DNA of 64,000 nt. It comes from Dimorphilus gyrociliatus. Lineage: Eukaryota; Animalia; Annelida. The position numbers and the translations under genes are program-made. The notes below the pieces were generated by a model. The model did not search any database and had not been told where the DNA came from. It was given only the letters and a program-made list of their open reading frames with translations. Shown piece after piece: positions 1 to 14,460 of the stretch; the first letter of the stretch is position 1; each line of letters starts with the position of its first letter. The stretch lies in assembly GCA_904063045.1 (NCBI GenBank), contig CAJFCJ010000004.1, forward strand, positions 1,047,713 through 1,111,712, in the 5' to 3' direction.

Positions 1-3000
1 AGGCCATCAAGTGAGCTGGAAGAGAGACAACCTGATTCAGATAACTCGACAGAAAAGCAAACTGAAATCTTCCAGAACAACAGAATTTATTCAACAGAAG
101 ATTCTGGTGTTGATCAACCAAGTGAGGAGTATCTTAGTGGACCAATAACTAATGCAAGCCAATCCAGCTGCGAACAGATACGAGGAGAAGTTGGTAGAAC
201 TTCAAACGAAAACTTGCAAACAGTTGTACCAGAAATAAGGGAGATCATCGCTGTTGATGATTGTACTATACAGTCATCAGTTGCTAGAAATGAAGATGCC
301 GGATTGATTACAATTCCACTCAATCTACAACAAAGAGCATCTTCCATGGATCAAATCTCCCAAACAGATCATGAAATACTAGGTAATTCCATTTCAACTC
401 AAACTGGTTTTGACGAGACCGTTGCGCCAAGACAAACTTCGTCAACTATAGATCTAATACAAGAGGAAAGAAACGACCTAAGCGTTTCAGAGAATCTTGG
501 ACTCTCAGTTGATGATTCTTGTCAGACTATATTGACATATCCTCCATCATTCGAATCATCAACCCAACTACAATTAATCGATCCATTTTTGGAGTATGTA
601 GGAGAAGAAAATCGACATTTATTACATTATATTCAATATTCAAAAGAAAGAAAAGAAGAAACTTTACATAGGAAAAAGAATCATTTATATTTAGAAACAG
701 AGTGGGAATCGAGTAAGTCAAGCGAAGTCCTCCCATTAGATTCATTTTTCTTGGAAGAAAATTCTCCCAGAGAACGTTCGAATTCAATGAATGAGCATTT
801 GCTAGAAATCAACCTGAATCGAAATTCAAATGTTATAAGTGGTGTTGAAATTAGTTCAATTGAATTGTACGAAATTTTGTCAAGATCGTCCGATAGTGAT
901 AATGTTGAAGATATTATCGCTTGTAATTCAGATATATCTACAAGTTTACTTGAGCAAATACGGCTAGCAAAAGACGCTCTAACAAAAGCAATAAAATACA
1001 AACCAACGAATGAACTAGTAATGAAAGGTTCAATTACACCAAATGTTCCAGTAATAACTTTATATTTAGAGAAGGACGATAAAATGAACGACTATCCAGA
1101 AATAATTGACGACGTTATTGAAGACCAGGAGATAGTCGAAGATGTACACTCCGATTTAGAGGGAGAGATTCACCCTTATTCCTTTAACGAAACAAGGAGC
1201 AACATACCCTTCCTCTCAGATTACTCTGGTGATTCCAAATCACCAAAGTCGTATCGTTCAGAGGAACGAATATATACTCAAGACTACAAACCAAGTGAAT
1301 TACCAGACGATAGCATATCTTCAGTGGGGACAGATGAACTTGTTGCTCAAGCTAAAAGTAGCTTCAGCGAAGAAGCTATTTGCTCGTTTGAAACTTTTAG
1401 CTCGGAAAATGAAGCCATCAGTCCCCCACTTAGTACAACGAAACAAAGCTGGGGATCTCTTCATGCCGTTAAAGAAATGAAAGACGAGAGCATTGAAACT
1501 GATGACGAATTAGAAAGATTACGCTTGGAGAGGGAAAGAATCACAACTATGCTCTCGAAAGATATTTTACCATCGACCTCTCAAGTAGAACTTGCTGAAG
1601 CACAATTGCACTATGTACTGGGCCAAACTGATACACTTCTACAAGCTTTAGATCGGGATGACGACGATGATTCGGCTTTAGAAGATGTATTAGTCGGATT
1701 TAAAACTCCCGAAAAAGATCTGGAAAATATAAACGAGGACTTTCAAAAGAAGTTTAGAGATGAACTTGTTGAAGAGAAACAAGGTATTGAGGACAAAATC
1801 TGTAAATTAGAGACGAAACAAAAACATAAAGAAAGAGCAAGACTGGAGGATGAAATAGCTATGTTAGAAAGAGAAGAGAAAAGACGAACTACAAGACCTT
1901 TTCCAGTTAAAAGTGGAAAGCTAGAGAGATCAGCTCAAATCAACGCTTTTAAAATGGAAAGATTATTAGAAAATTCAAGCTTCGAAAGAAAACGCTTTGT
2001 TCCCAGATATAGAAGTGTAAGTCCTTTCGTTCTTGAGGAAGAAGATAAAGATGAAATACCAAATGCTCCAATATACGCTGAATCTCTTACCCCTAAACAA
2101 AGAATGAAATATTTGGCAAACAAACGAAGAAGACTAGTTAAAGACTCAACTTTAAGAAGAAATCCAATTGTCTCTTCATCAGCTGGAGATTTAATAACTT
2201 CTACAACGTCACTGACTTATTCAACATCAATTATTTCAAGTTCTCGAGCAAGTCGAAACATGAATCTACCCGGATTAACCACCGTCTACGACCGACCTCG
2301 TGCAGTATCAACGCCTCAGAAGGAATCAGATTGGGATGATCTCACTAAGAAACTTTTAGGCGAATATCAAGAGGCTAGAGGAACTAATGAATTAGAAATA
2401 AAAAAGGCGAAAGAAACGTTTGAGAGAAAACCACAAAATCCTGAAAGTTTGTTAAGTTTTGAAGGTCATCTTGGTAGAATAGCCAAATTGGAAGAGGTAA
2501 GAAATAAAGATTAGATATGCTCCATATGTTTTATTTTTTTTTAGATTTTAATATAATTAAATACTAAAAAATAATGCACTTGATTCTTAACTCCAATAGT
2601 TGAATGTTTTACAAAACTAACTCGTGTTTTGTTGTTTTTTTTCTTGTTAGAGAACACCTACTTATCCGCATGGTCACTTGCCTAAAAGTAAAATTACGGT
2701 ATAAAATAATTTATAATTATCTTTTATTAAATAGAATTTATTAATATTAAAACAAAAGTAGAGAGAATCTAATATGAATAATATTTAATAATACAGGCAA
2801 TAGAAGCTGAGATTGATCGTATGAAAGCGAAATATAAAACTGAAAAGTATGTACCAGATTTGAGGTATGTTTTATTTTCCCATTTGGTTCTGCTTTTGAA
2901 GCTATACATAACTTTATTTCATTCTACAGTGCAGCGTACCTGAATCCCCTTTCAGCAGCTGATGCAATAATCAACCGTCACGAAAGAGCTTTAGCAACTA

Positions 3001-3038
3001 TAGACCGAAGACGTCATAAACCTCCAAAGAATAAATAG
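1..3038 (+). CDS. Uncharacterised acidic, low-complexity/coiled-coil protein (5' end outside window; last 4 exons: <1-2496, 2651-2698, 2797-2864, 2930-3038)
   Basis: Frame 1 is open from base 1 through the 766-aa ORF to a GTAAGA donor at 2497. Three further phase-compatible GT-AG exons give RTPTYPHGHLPKSKIT / AIEAEIDRMKAKYKTEKYVPDL / SAAYLNPLSAADAIINRHERALATIDRRRHKPPKNK, ending at TAG 3036-3038. No family recognised. Confidence 0.8.
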
Positions 3039-3726
3039 GCAAGAGGAAACTGCTTTTAACATATCGAATAAATACAATTGCAATAATGAAAAATGGATTT
3101 GGATAGAATAAAATTTGACGAGGAGAGAAAATATGAAATCCTGCAGGATGTTTTAAAAAAAAACAATACACACACAAACTGAATATCTGTGATACGTAGA
3201 AAAGAAAAAAAGTTTGCTGTGATCTAACTGAAATCCATTAAGAATGTTAAAGACTAATTATTTTTATATTCCATTTATATCAAAGTCATTTATTTTAACT
3301 ATTAAAATCTCCTTCTATTGTTTTTGTTGGTTTATAAAGGAACGAAACATTGTAGTACTTAAACCATTTTGGGATACAAAGATGAAACATTGCAAAAATT
3401 GTATGTACTTTACGTACATTAAGATAGAATACTAATGTGTTTTATTAAAGTTTTTTTTTTAAAAAAAAACACCCACACAAAAGTGTATATAGAACCTGTT
3501 AATGTGCTAATGATAAATATATGTATGATGTATATATAAATACCTTCTGTACAATGTATGTGCTATATTTCTCAAGAATAACCAAGGTTAAACATTTAAT
3601 TAAAAGCAAAGTTAACTGTGATGGTTTATTAACTTGTCTACATTTTGTTTTTTTTTGACATACACTACAAGAAAAACTTGTAATTAAATTAACTCTACGA
3701 AGAAAAATGATTTCGTTTTATTAGAG

Positions 3727-3860
3727 TGTCTATATATATATATATATAGACAGTATATACTGTATATATATACAATATATAAATTTATATATATATATAT
3801 ATATAAATATATGTGTATACATATACGCATGTATATTGTATTTATATGCAATATATAATT
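3727..3860. repeat. (TA)n microsatellite / AT-rich low-complexity tract
   Basis: Several (TA)n runs with interruptions, intergenic. Confidence 0.85.
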
Positions 3861-4363
3861 ATTTTTCTCCAGACCTGTGACCTAGAAAATAGATGAAACG
3901 TCTTTACTTTTTAAAGAAAATACATATTTTTTAACAATTTTTAATAATTCGAATTTATAAGATCTAAAACTCTATATCAAAAAGAACCTAGACATAATAA
4001 ATAATTCATAACAAGCTAGCCGATAGAAATCGAAATTGTGACGTCAGAGCATTATATGTACATAATATACATACTGCAGTCGAACGTCGTGTTGCGAAGA
4101 TCCTGAGGAAAACATTACTCTCTGCTTTTTTTATGTTTTATAACCTGATAGAAAAGGATGAAAATCTTATTTTTAATGTTTTTATTTAGTAATTCGTATG
4201 AAATCCATCATGATATTGGTAAGTATTACTTTTAAACTATGAAGTTTTTCTGTAGTAATATATTATATAGCTGACTGTCCACATCTCAAATTATTTGTCA
4301 TAGACATGAAAGGGTTTATGTCTTAAAAAAGAAACTATAATAAGACTAAAAAAGAGATGTATT

Positions 4364-7300
4364 ATGTTTCTTTTGATATTTTTAGGTATACTTCAAACTG
4401 GAGTGACTCTTATATCAAATAATTGGATAGAGTTTACCAAATATTCTGTAAACAAGAATGAAAATGTTACTATAGATTTTAGAACAATCTCAACTTCAAT
4501 TGATACACCTTCGCTCAAATCGATTCGCAAAGGTTATTATTTTAAATTATCTACATTTTTTAATATACAGTAAAATAATAACTGATATACTTTTATAATA
4601 TTCTTTAAATGAATATTTATTAATACCTTTTGTTTAAATCAGTAAATGAATTTATATGTTCAAATCAACTAACTCTACTAATATCAACTGATGTATGTGC
4701 AAAAACGATTGAAACTCTTCTACCTTCTAATTTTCCCGTAATAAGAATAAATAGTAGTGCGGAATGTGATAAAACTAGGAGGAATTCTTTTAATCTTCCT
4801 AATACTCTAACTACTGCAGAAATATTGTTGAAACTTATGAAAAGTTTAAATATGGAAGCATGTTCTATCTTTATTGATATGTCAACGAGAGGTAAGTTTC
4901 GATAAAGCTATTACATTCTATTGGAGTAGATTAAGATAAATTTCATTAAAAACTACTTATCCCTGAAACTTATCAATTACTTGTTTTCATAAATGGTCAA
5001 ATATATTATACAAAATATACATATGGAAAAGAAACCTTTTTAACGTTTTGAAAGTGATTTTATAGGAATTCAATAGATTATAATAGAATTGTTTTTATAT
5101 TGTACTGTTGCAGTTATTCATAATAGAATTTATTTAAAGGGTTAAATTTTAGATAATTAATAATAGTGATGCATAACATATACAATACTATAATTACAGT
5201 ATATGATGAGTGTGTTTATGTGCAGGTATTGATATCGAGCAGAGAGTATTTTATTTTGTATACTATTTTAGGTAAATTCTATTTGGTTTTTTCCCTTAAT
5301 ATTGATAATATAAAACTACGAGAGTAAAAAAAAGTGAACAATACAACACTAATATACGACTTCAAGCTAAAAGCTAAGAGAAATTAGTGAGCTTTATATT
5401 AAAAACTATACTATTATCCTTTTCAATAATATACTATATATGGTTGATATATTTACTCAAACCGTATTTGGAGAATAATTTACAGTTGTTTTCATATAAT
5501 CAATTAAGCTAATGGAATAAATAAAATCGCTCTTTTTCTCTATTTGTCACACACACCTTCATTAGCTCTTCTTTTACTCTCTATCACAAGTCATAGGTAA
5601 CGCGAACAAGTTCATAAAAGCATCTAGGTATTAAATAATAGACGCCTTTATTTAGAAACTATCTATTTACATGAACGCCTCTCCATATAAGATAATAGAA
5701 TTTCTGGATTAAGATACTTCATTCTTTGATATATATATTGTATACTGTATATTGTAAATATATACATATCTTTTCTTATACAATATTTGAAAGAGTCTAT
5801 CTTTTAGCTTGCAAATCTAATGTTTGAAAAAATTATCGGGTACACATTAGTCGATATGGTATTATTTATTCACATTTTTATTAGTTAAGGTATATTTATG
5901 AACAATATTTATGATGAAATATTAAATTTTCAAGACTGCTAAGAGTTTAGTGTATCGTGTGGAATAGGAAATATTGATTTGCCATGGAAAGGCCGTAGAC
6001 TTGCATCTATATGGAAACTGTTTAGAGTAACAAAGACACAATAAGTGCTATAAAACAAAGAAGCCAAATACACCTATTGTTCAGAGTAAATAGAGAAACA
6101 TCCTGATATTCAATATTCAATGAATGTTTTTGTTCATTTTAGACAATTCTTGCATAATTTAAGTATAAGTTTTAGTTATATAAATGTTCGCTAAATGCGC
6201 TTAATAAAACTATATATATGGTATTTACAAATAAGGCGTAATATATACATTGTAAATTGCTTTTTCATTACATTTCATCAACAATCTTTAAGATATTGTC
6301 TATATTTTATTGCATTTTAATTATTGAACTAAGAGATTCTAATTTTTGTATCTTTATCATTTTATTCAACAGAATATTTGCTTTATAAGATATTGGATGC
6401 AATTAGACATTTAAACATTAGATGTAAAATAATCAATATAAAAGACTCGGACGATGACGAAGATTTAAGAGATTATATTGAATCTACCGAAAAAAACAAC
6501 CTACAAATTTTTAAGGCGTCTACTTTTAAAACAAGGCTATCAAAGAATAATAATATTCTTCTTTGTTCTCTACGTAATATTGAACGCTTAATAGATCAGG
6601 TATTTTCCAATTTCTTTCCATCTAAATCATATTAATTTTTCGAATATTTATAATATTTATACTGGATACTATAAATTGATTTGAAACAGATAAATTATAT
6701 TGAAAAATATCGAATGCTCACTAAAGGAGCTATATATCATAATAGATGGTTAATTATAGAAGAAGGAGCAATTGAAAACATTCTTCTAGAAGTTGCAAAA
6801 AAAATTAAAGATGTTGATAACTTTGCTGCTTTATCTATTATGGAACCAAAATATGTTACTCTTGAGAGTCGTTTTCAAGTAAGAGAAACCTTTTGACCTT
6901 TCCGGGTCAATTCTTCATCGATTGTAAATAATATCTTTTTTATTTCCTATTCTTAAGGATGCAGTCTTTAAATTATACAAAGTTTTAGAGGGCATCTACG
7001 ACGATCCGTCCTACACTACATCAACATCCTCTTGTGATGCTTATTATGCCGATATCTTTAACGACTTGTTGAGGAACACGTTTGATACTAAAGAATGCAG
7101 TAGATTTAAAATGTATCATTTTCCACCCTACTCGAAAAAGTTTGAAGAGACCCTTTTTTGCGATAATGATCTACAATCATTAAATTTCGATGTGTTTCCT
7201 AACGAAAAATACGGGTTTAATGGAAGGAAAATGGTTGTTGCGACTTTACCGGTAAAACACAAAATTACTTTTAATAAATTTAATGAAAGTAATAAGGATA

Positions 7301-9278
7301 TTTGTCTACACCTAGTTTGCTCCATTTGTCAAAAAGAAGACCGTCAAAGGAAAACTAGTCTATTCAGGAGTGTGCATTGATCTTTTAAATGAATTTGCAT
7401 ATTTACTTAACTTTACGTAAGTCCTTAAGAGCTTACTTTCTATGGGAAACTGTAAAGTTTATCCATAAATAAACAGCTATGACATTATCGAACCCGCTGA
7501 TCAACAATGGGGAAAACAGCTTCAGAACGGAAGTTATACCGGATTAGTTGGAATTATGCAAAAGCAAGTAAGAACTTGTTTAATAAAGAAACTCCTTGTA
7601 AAATTTTTAAAAAAGTGATAGTAAGACATTTCATTACAGGAAGCAGATTTACTCTTCGCTCCTCTCTCTGTAACAGATGCTAGGAGGAAGGTTATGGATT
7701 TTTCGACACCATATTATTTTGAATATTCATCTGCACTTATCAAATTACCCGGAGAGAATGAGGGCAAGTGGAAAGTTATAACAGAACCATTCAGATGGGA
7801 GGTATATATCTATACAAATCTTTACTTATTCCGCCTACGTTACATCTGCTAATTAATATTATTTATTCTAAATCCCGCTATACTAAATAATATTAGTAAG
7901 AAAAATAGAAAAAAAATCCATTACCAGACACAATTACCTACATATATATTCTGTTACTATTCGCATTTGCAGTCTCAAAAAAATGACAATTTTTTAGACG
8001 TATTTAGTAATATTGATAATAATCCTCTAAATGCTATCTTCATCTTATACCTCATCTTTCAGGTATGGCTATGTATAGTAATGTCAGTGCCCTTTACTGG
8101 TGTTATTGCTTGGATAATAACAAAAATTTCTCTGTATTTAATGAACGGAACACCACTTTTCATGGAAGATATATTTAGAATTTGGGATAAGAGTATGTGG
8201 TACGTTTTCGGTGCTCTACTCACACAAGGTTAGCTCATACAACACCTGATGATTATATATACAGTATCTATACATATGATGTAAGAGAATATCACCCAAT
8301 TAATTTCTGTACATGTACCAATCGCTAATTAAGTATTGTATATAAATCCCTTGGCAACGTGACGCTAAAAGGAATAATTAATTTCACAGGTGGAGCCTAC
8401 CAACCAAGAACGATGCCCGGTAGGACAGTTATTGCTTTCTGGTGGTGTTTTTCTATAGTGATGGTAGCGACCTACAGCGGAAACTTAATTGCCTTCCTTA
8501 CAGTTTCTAAGCAAGAGATACCTTTTAATAGTTTGTCAACTCTGGTAGAGACAAGCAATTATAAATGGGGATTGATGGGAGGTACCTTTTACGAGGATCA
8601 TCTAAAAAATGTCACAGATCCCATTCTTAAGGAGTTCTATACAAAGATGAGAGAGTTTTATGAAGAAGATAAAAGTATATTAGATATAGTATTCTCAAAT
8701 CATATAGAAAAAGTTAAGAATGAAAAATATACTTTAATCAGTGATAAAACTTCATTGGAGTATGAAGTTATACAAGATTGTTCACTATCTACAATAAAAG
8801 ATAAATTTTTATCCTTTCCTTACGCAATAGGAATGCAAAAGGGGTCACATTTTTTTCGAGAACTTGACGAATTGTAAGCATTTAGTAAATTAATTTTAAA
8901 TATTTTTAAAAGATCTACTTTGAATTCAGATTATTATCCCTACGTTCTGGTGGAATTATTCAATTTTGGCATAACAAACATTGGCCAAAAGATAAAGGTT
9001 GTACATCCCTTAATCAGCCTACTTCGAAACCCGTTACAATTTTGGACGTTCAATCTGCATTTTATATACTCTTAGGAGGGCTATTTATCTCTCTTCTCAT
9101 ATTAATATACGAACTAATCAGACAGAAATATTTTCCTGAAAAACTGACATCAAAGACGATTAAGATAGAAATCAATTCGAAAGAAGAGAATATTGAAAAG
9201 AAGCTTAATTCTCAGAGTAATGAAACTGTTGTTACTAGGCATAAGCCAAAAATGAATAATTTATTCTTGCCTGATTAA
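4364..9278 (+). CDS. Ionotropic glutamate receptor family protein, divergent IR-like type (about 11 exons)
   Basis: Signal-like start MFLLIFLGILQTG. S1 segments FPNEKYGFNGRKMVVATLP, YSGVCIDLLNEFAYLLNFT, WGKQLQNGSYTGLVG and EADLLFAPLSVTDARRKVMDFSTPY. M1 VWLCIVMSVPF, pore WYVFGALLTQG|G, M3 ATYSGNLIAFLT (SYTANLAAF-equivalent), then S2 and M4 SAFYILLGGLFISLLILIYE. The exons join in frame through GT-AG introns; the longest intron is 4892-6370. Confidence 0.93.
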
Positions 9279-10494
9279 TTTTATATAAACTGTATATATA
9301 CATAATATAAATAGACTTTTCATCATCATTTACATCTTTCATTTGTTTATATTTTGATTTTTAATATAAATAAACAACAAAGAAATAAGATATAAGTTTT
9401 TAAAATCATTTGAAAGCCGTATTCTTGAAAGAAAGTAAAGATTGTTTTCTTCCCTGGGGAACACATCATTTCTTAAAAGGAAAATAAATATCATTGAAAT
9501 GAATAACCTTTGTAGTTTAAATATAAGCTTTGTATAGATCGACGTTGAAAGTAAATGATAATTATGATATACACCTTTATCAATAGAATATCTAATATAC
9601 AATAAATGTATATACACATAAATATATAAATATATATGTACAGTACAAGTACTAGATATGTTCATATGTCTGTACTAATACTAGTTTTATTAATTACATA
9701 TCTTACCAAGTAATTTTACATTATCTATATATTGTAGTTTGTTCATGAGTATCTTGATTCTTTATCTGCTATTATTCTATTCTTCCTATTTCCTTTCTTT
9801 ATTTTCAAAACAGCCAGAACGCTCGATAGAATGGTATAAAAAATAAATAGTAAGTCTTCTATAGAAAACTCTTTAAAGAGATAATAGAATGTAATTTCGA
9901 CTTTATTAACGCTATTATTATCGTAATGTTTTGATCGATTTAACAATAGTTAAGTTAATGATTTAATATTTAGTATAATTATTACTAAAGTTATTTAACT
10001 AATGGAAACCCTTAAAACTTATATTGTATATAAATTTTTAGAAATTCAAAAGACCTATTATATAATAGAGTTCAGCGTAGAGAATAAGAACTTTTTCTTG
10101 GTATATACACCTTTAGAATACCTCTCTAAACTACTGTTTGGTTAATTGAATATGATTTCGTAACACCAGATGGCTGCTTAGGAACAGGACAAACTTTACA
10201 AATGTCCGACAGATAATTTACACTATTGAATTTCGCTGAAGAACGTAAGATATCTTTAAATACAAATTGATATAAATTTTAGAAATATTATTGCTAATTC
10301 TTTAATTACTAAGATTCGTTTAGACTCCTAATTATTTATTCTTAAGAAAGAAATTCAGGTCTAACTTTTTACTGATTTTTTGGCTCCCTTCCAATTAGAT
10401 CAATAACTCTCTGACGAAAATCAATAAGAAATAAAAGCTTCGTATTTACCAAACGTATTATTGCTGCTAGAAAACTTACAGTTTTGTATTAACC

Positions 10495-13400
10495 ATGGAG
10501 AGGAGAAGTACTAATTCTCTCCCCCCTGACCAAAACGACGGTAAGTTATACATAAAACTATGTAAGAATTAATTAACTAAATTATGTAACTTTTTAAAAA
10601 TACAAAAGATACTGGGAAGTTGCCAGAAAATGCTGAAATACAATTTCCCACCACACTGGAACGTCAAAATGAGGTTACGTTTGAAAAAGAAGAAACTGCT
10701 GAAGATGGAACCAAGATTAAAACGGTTAGAAACATTATATAAGCATTTAAAATAATCATACTTGAAAATACTCTATATTTCAGACAAAGCATACCTATGA
10801 AACACGTGAATTTGTGGATTTAGAACATGGAGAAGCAAAGAATTTTGACCTTGGAGAATATGGTAACTATAGTTTTAATAAAGTAATAAGACAACTATGT
10901 TGATGTCTTGTTAAGAAAACATCTTTTCTTATTCAATAAAGAATGTTATGTTTTCCCCTATAAGCTTTGTTTATTCAATGAATTATAAATTCTAAATTTG
11001 TTTACCGCAGAACCTCCTGAAAGAGATGAAGCTCTACCAGACCTTAACACTCTCATGACAACTCTGCAAGAAGGTGAAGATCAGGAAATGCCATCCCTAT
11101 TTCGCCAACCTGAGAACGTTCCTTCGTATAAAAAGATTACAGAGTTACAATGTGAAATTGAGAAAGATAAAGTAGAAGAGTACGTTTCTAAATTCGAAGA
11201 AGGTGTAAGGGATGATGTGGTAATGATTGGGAGTATTTCATTAGAAGAAGTTCAAGAAGAAGAAAAGAGATTACGTGATGAGCATATAGCGTATAGAGAA
11301 CAGGAAAAAGAAGAAGAGAGAGACAAAATGATTGAACTTAAAAGGAGGGAAGAAGAAGCTAAAAAACGAGTTGACGAATATTACAAAACCAATAAAATTA
11401 TTATTGACAAGAGAAAGGAGGAATTAGAAAGAGTTGAACGTTTAGCAATAGAAAGAATGCAAAAATCATACTTAAAGAGTGAAAGTCAATTGATTTCTTG
11501 TCTTGAAAATAGGAAAGGAGAAGTAAAAACATACTATGGCGATCTTGCTACAGGTGATGGATATTTTGGTGGATCCAAGGGCAGAAGATGGAAAGTAGAT
11601 TGGGAAAGAACTCCTCAACCTATACAAATTAAACTAAAAAGCCTTAGGGGAGTTAAGGATAAATTGCCAGGAGGGCGTTACGTTGTTATGGTCTCTCTCT
11701 ATAACAGATTAGGTGGCCATGTTTTAAGATGGTCACAGATGAAAGGCCAAATGTGGGGAGGTTCCACAGAACCCATTACTCATGATGGATTATTTCATAA
11801 TACGGAAATAAAACTAGATCAGAGTGTATTTACAACTCTACCATCTAGACCGGATATTAGACCAGGCATGGTTTTAGTCTTTGAAATATTCTTGCTAAGG
11901 GGAGCTGTTGTTTCAACTGATAGAGTTGTAGGCTGGGGTGTCTTCCCTATCGCTGACGGAAAGTTTGAAGTAGTTGAAGGCAAGTACAAGTGTCCCTTTC
12001 TCAGAGGTGAAATGGATTATCAAATTGACAAACACGAGAAAGTGGAGGAGTTGATGTCCTCTGACATGGATCATTGGCTTTGCAATATGTATTTCGAAGT
12101 AATAAGACTCCCTAGATATCTTGCGGGACAAAAGGAGTATGAAGTCGAGTTGCAATTCTCTTCCGGTATGCTTGGTTTCCCGGATAGAATTAATACAGGT
12201 GAAGAATATAGAGATGGAGAAGCTCCAATTCCAGGATCTTTGGGCGACATTGACGATTCAAATATAAGTCAAAGTCGAATTTCACTGTAAGAAATTTTGT
12301 TGTTTTTATTCAAATTAAGTCTAGAATAATTCTATAATTTCCTAATATTTTCAGGGATTCAAAATTGTCAATCAATTCAAGCCAAACAACAGACAACAAT
12401 GATAACTTTGCTTCTAAGAGAGCAAAGAAGAATAGTGACAGAAAAAAAAGGCATTCGGAATCAAGTTCGAATGATGCAGACATGGATTTGAGAAAGAGAC
12501 GACCTGTTACTACATTATCTTCTCGAAGAGCTCATAGAGAGCATAAAGTTAAATTGGATTTCACTTCTGATTCGGAAACAGACTACGATGAAGATGATGC
12601 CTACATTATGAAGAAAGAAGAAGGATTTTATCCGGTAAAAGGGCAGGCTGGTTTGTGGTACAAGGTGAGTTCAGACTCTTCTTATTATTAATGTAGGTTT
12701 ACGTTTGTAATAGCTTTGTGCTTGATAGAAACATCGTTACAATCCACAAGATCACTATTTTAAAAAGTATTTCGCACTGTTACCAAGAACACCAATTTTG
12801 AATCCTAAAAAGAAACGTAAGAAATTAACCTATTTGGAACAATTGGAAGAGCATTCTATTGCTGTTAAGTAAGTTTTAACTATATTTTTTGTTAAGAACA
12901 GATAAACAAAGTTTCTTTTTTCGTATAGGCGTCCTTTTAGCGATAAAGGTCGGCTATCAACAGCTAACTATGAGAAACTTGAATACGTTGGTCGTCAAAT
13001 GATGGCAGAACTTGGACTATCACAATGGAGAAGCCGAGAATTTTGGGGAATGTTGCTGATGTTTCTGATTGTGTTTTGGCTTCGGTTATACATGCATTAT
13101 ATTGGACAATGGATTTTTCTGCAAGGACTTGAAATTCCAATTAATAAGTAGATATTTCGTTAACTTTTTACATAACAACATAGTATATATGTCATTATTT
13201 CAAAAGGTTTGATTTTCTTCCATACACCGTCAACTTGAACTATCAAAATACGCTACTACAAATCCGAGAGGAGGTTGCCCTGGTTCTGCTTGGGCCGCTT
13301 ACGAATATAATATTATTCGTTATCCTGGTCGTCGTGAGTTGGGGTTGTCAAAGAATTCTTGGGATGTTTCCAGATATCGGCTCAAAGTTTACTATTGCAA

Positions 13401-14460
13401 TGGGTCTACAAGCTTGTCTGGATCCATTCCTTATTGCAATAGTTGACAGTGCATTAAGAAGATGGAGAAAATTGGGTGGAGATACCCCTATAGCAGATTA
13501 TGCTAAGCTATATTGGACATTCCAAAGAATAGAAGGATCCGGGTTGGCTGGAATATTCATTACGGTTCTTCTCTATGCTTTTACATGCTTTGCAGCTGGA
13601 GCTATAGTCTATATGTATTTCTTGAGGTCGGTTAATATTCAATATGAGACTATAATTTAAAAGCTTTTCTTTTTAAATTATATTTTGTAGATTACACAAT
13701 AATGGCAGAATGTTGGATATCTATTGGAGATTACATGGAGAAGAAGATGTTTTCTTTATCCCCTATGACTTGGAAATTTCTAATCACGAACTTTCCTACC
13801 TAGTTAAGAAGGCAGAACAATGGAGAGGTGAAGAAGGTGAGAGGCGCAAAGTGGCAGTATACGATTATGTCTGGGAGGAGGAGACCGTAGAAGAGACAGT
13901 TTGGGATGAAAACGGAAAACCAGTGACCAAACTAAGCGAAGGAAAGAAGGAAATTACTACTCATATTTCTATTCATACTTTGCATTTGGATGGCCTAAAA
14001 GAGTTATACAGACATTTTCTGCGATTACCTGACGGAGCTATTTGTGAGGTATGTACTAAGCATTCGATCAATAACCGGATTCATTTGAAATATTAATGCA
14101 GGTGTTTGGTGATGTAACTATTCCTGGAATGGATAAGGACGTAACCAAACTAATTCAGAAAGACACAAATATTGGCAGCAAAAATAAAATTTCAAATTCT
14201 AGCCTGTTGAAGGTGATAATTATAAACAACTTGATTTATCTATTAGACTAATATTTTTTCTTTGTAAGATGGCGGAACCAGATCGTTTGCCAACAGCTGC
14301 TAGTACTTTCCGACCTATGACAGTTGAATCTCAGATAGATATGGAACCAACCGAAGACGGCGCAAAAGGTAAAGCAGACCGTTTTGACGATGGTCATAGG
14401 AAAAAAGGCTATCCAACAGCAAGTAAAGTTGTAGTACCCGGACAAAAGAAGAAATTCTAA
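10495..14460 (+). CDS. OFCC1-like (orofacial cleft 1 candidate) multi-pass membrane protein, about 11 exons
   Basis: The ATG at 10495 splices in frame through 10609-, 10783- and 11011-12286 to the final exon ending TAA 14460. It contains a coiled-coil, a C2-like block (WERTPQPIQIKLKSLRGVKDKLPGGRYVVMVSLYNRLGG), several TM helices (13030-13620) and LHNNGRMLDIYWRL...FFIPYDLEIS. I associate these motifs with the OFCC1 family from memory; the gene model is strong, the family call moderate. Confidence 0.7.

Noticed and set aside
114-2123. Short minus-strand and alternate-frame ORFs overlapping gene 1 (and similar ones over OFCC1-like, Kazal, SLC6 and the polycystin)
   Set aside because: They are antisense or frame shadows of long coding exons, with no motifs or splice support of their own.
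3727-3860. Self-complementary TA tract with ACAGTATATACTGT palindrome as a possible MITE or hairpin RNA
   Set aside because: Explained by simple (TA)n sequence; no terminal inverted repeats or target-site duplication seen.
5226-5272. AG/GT-flanked candidate mini-exon inside the long iGluR intron
   Set aside because: At 47 nt it would shift the frame; the flanking exons 4891 and 6371 already join in phase.
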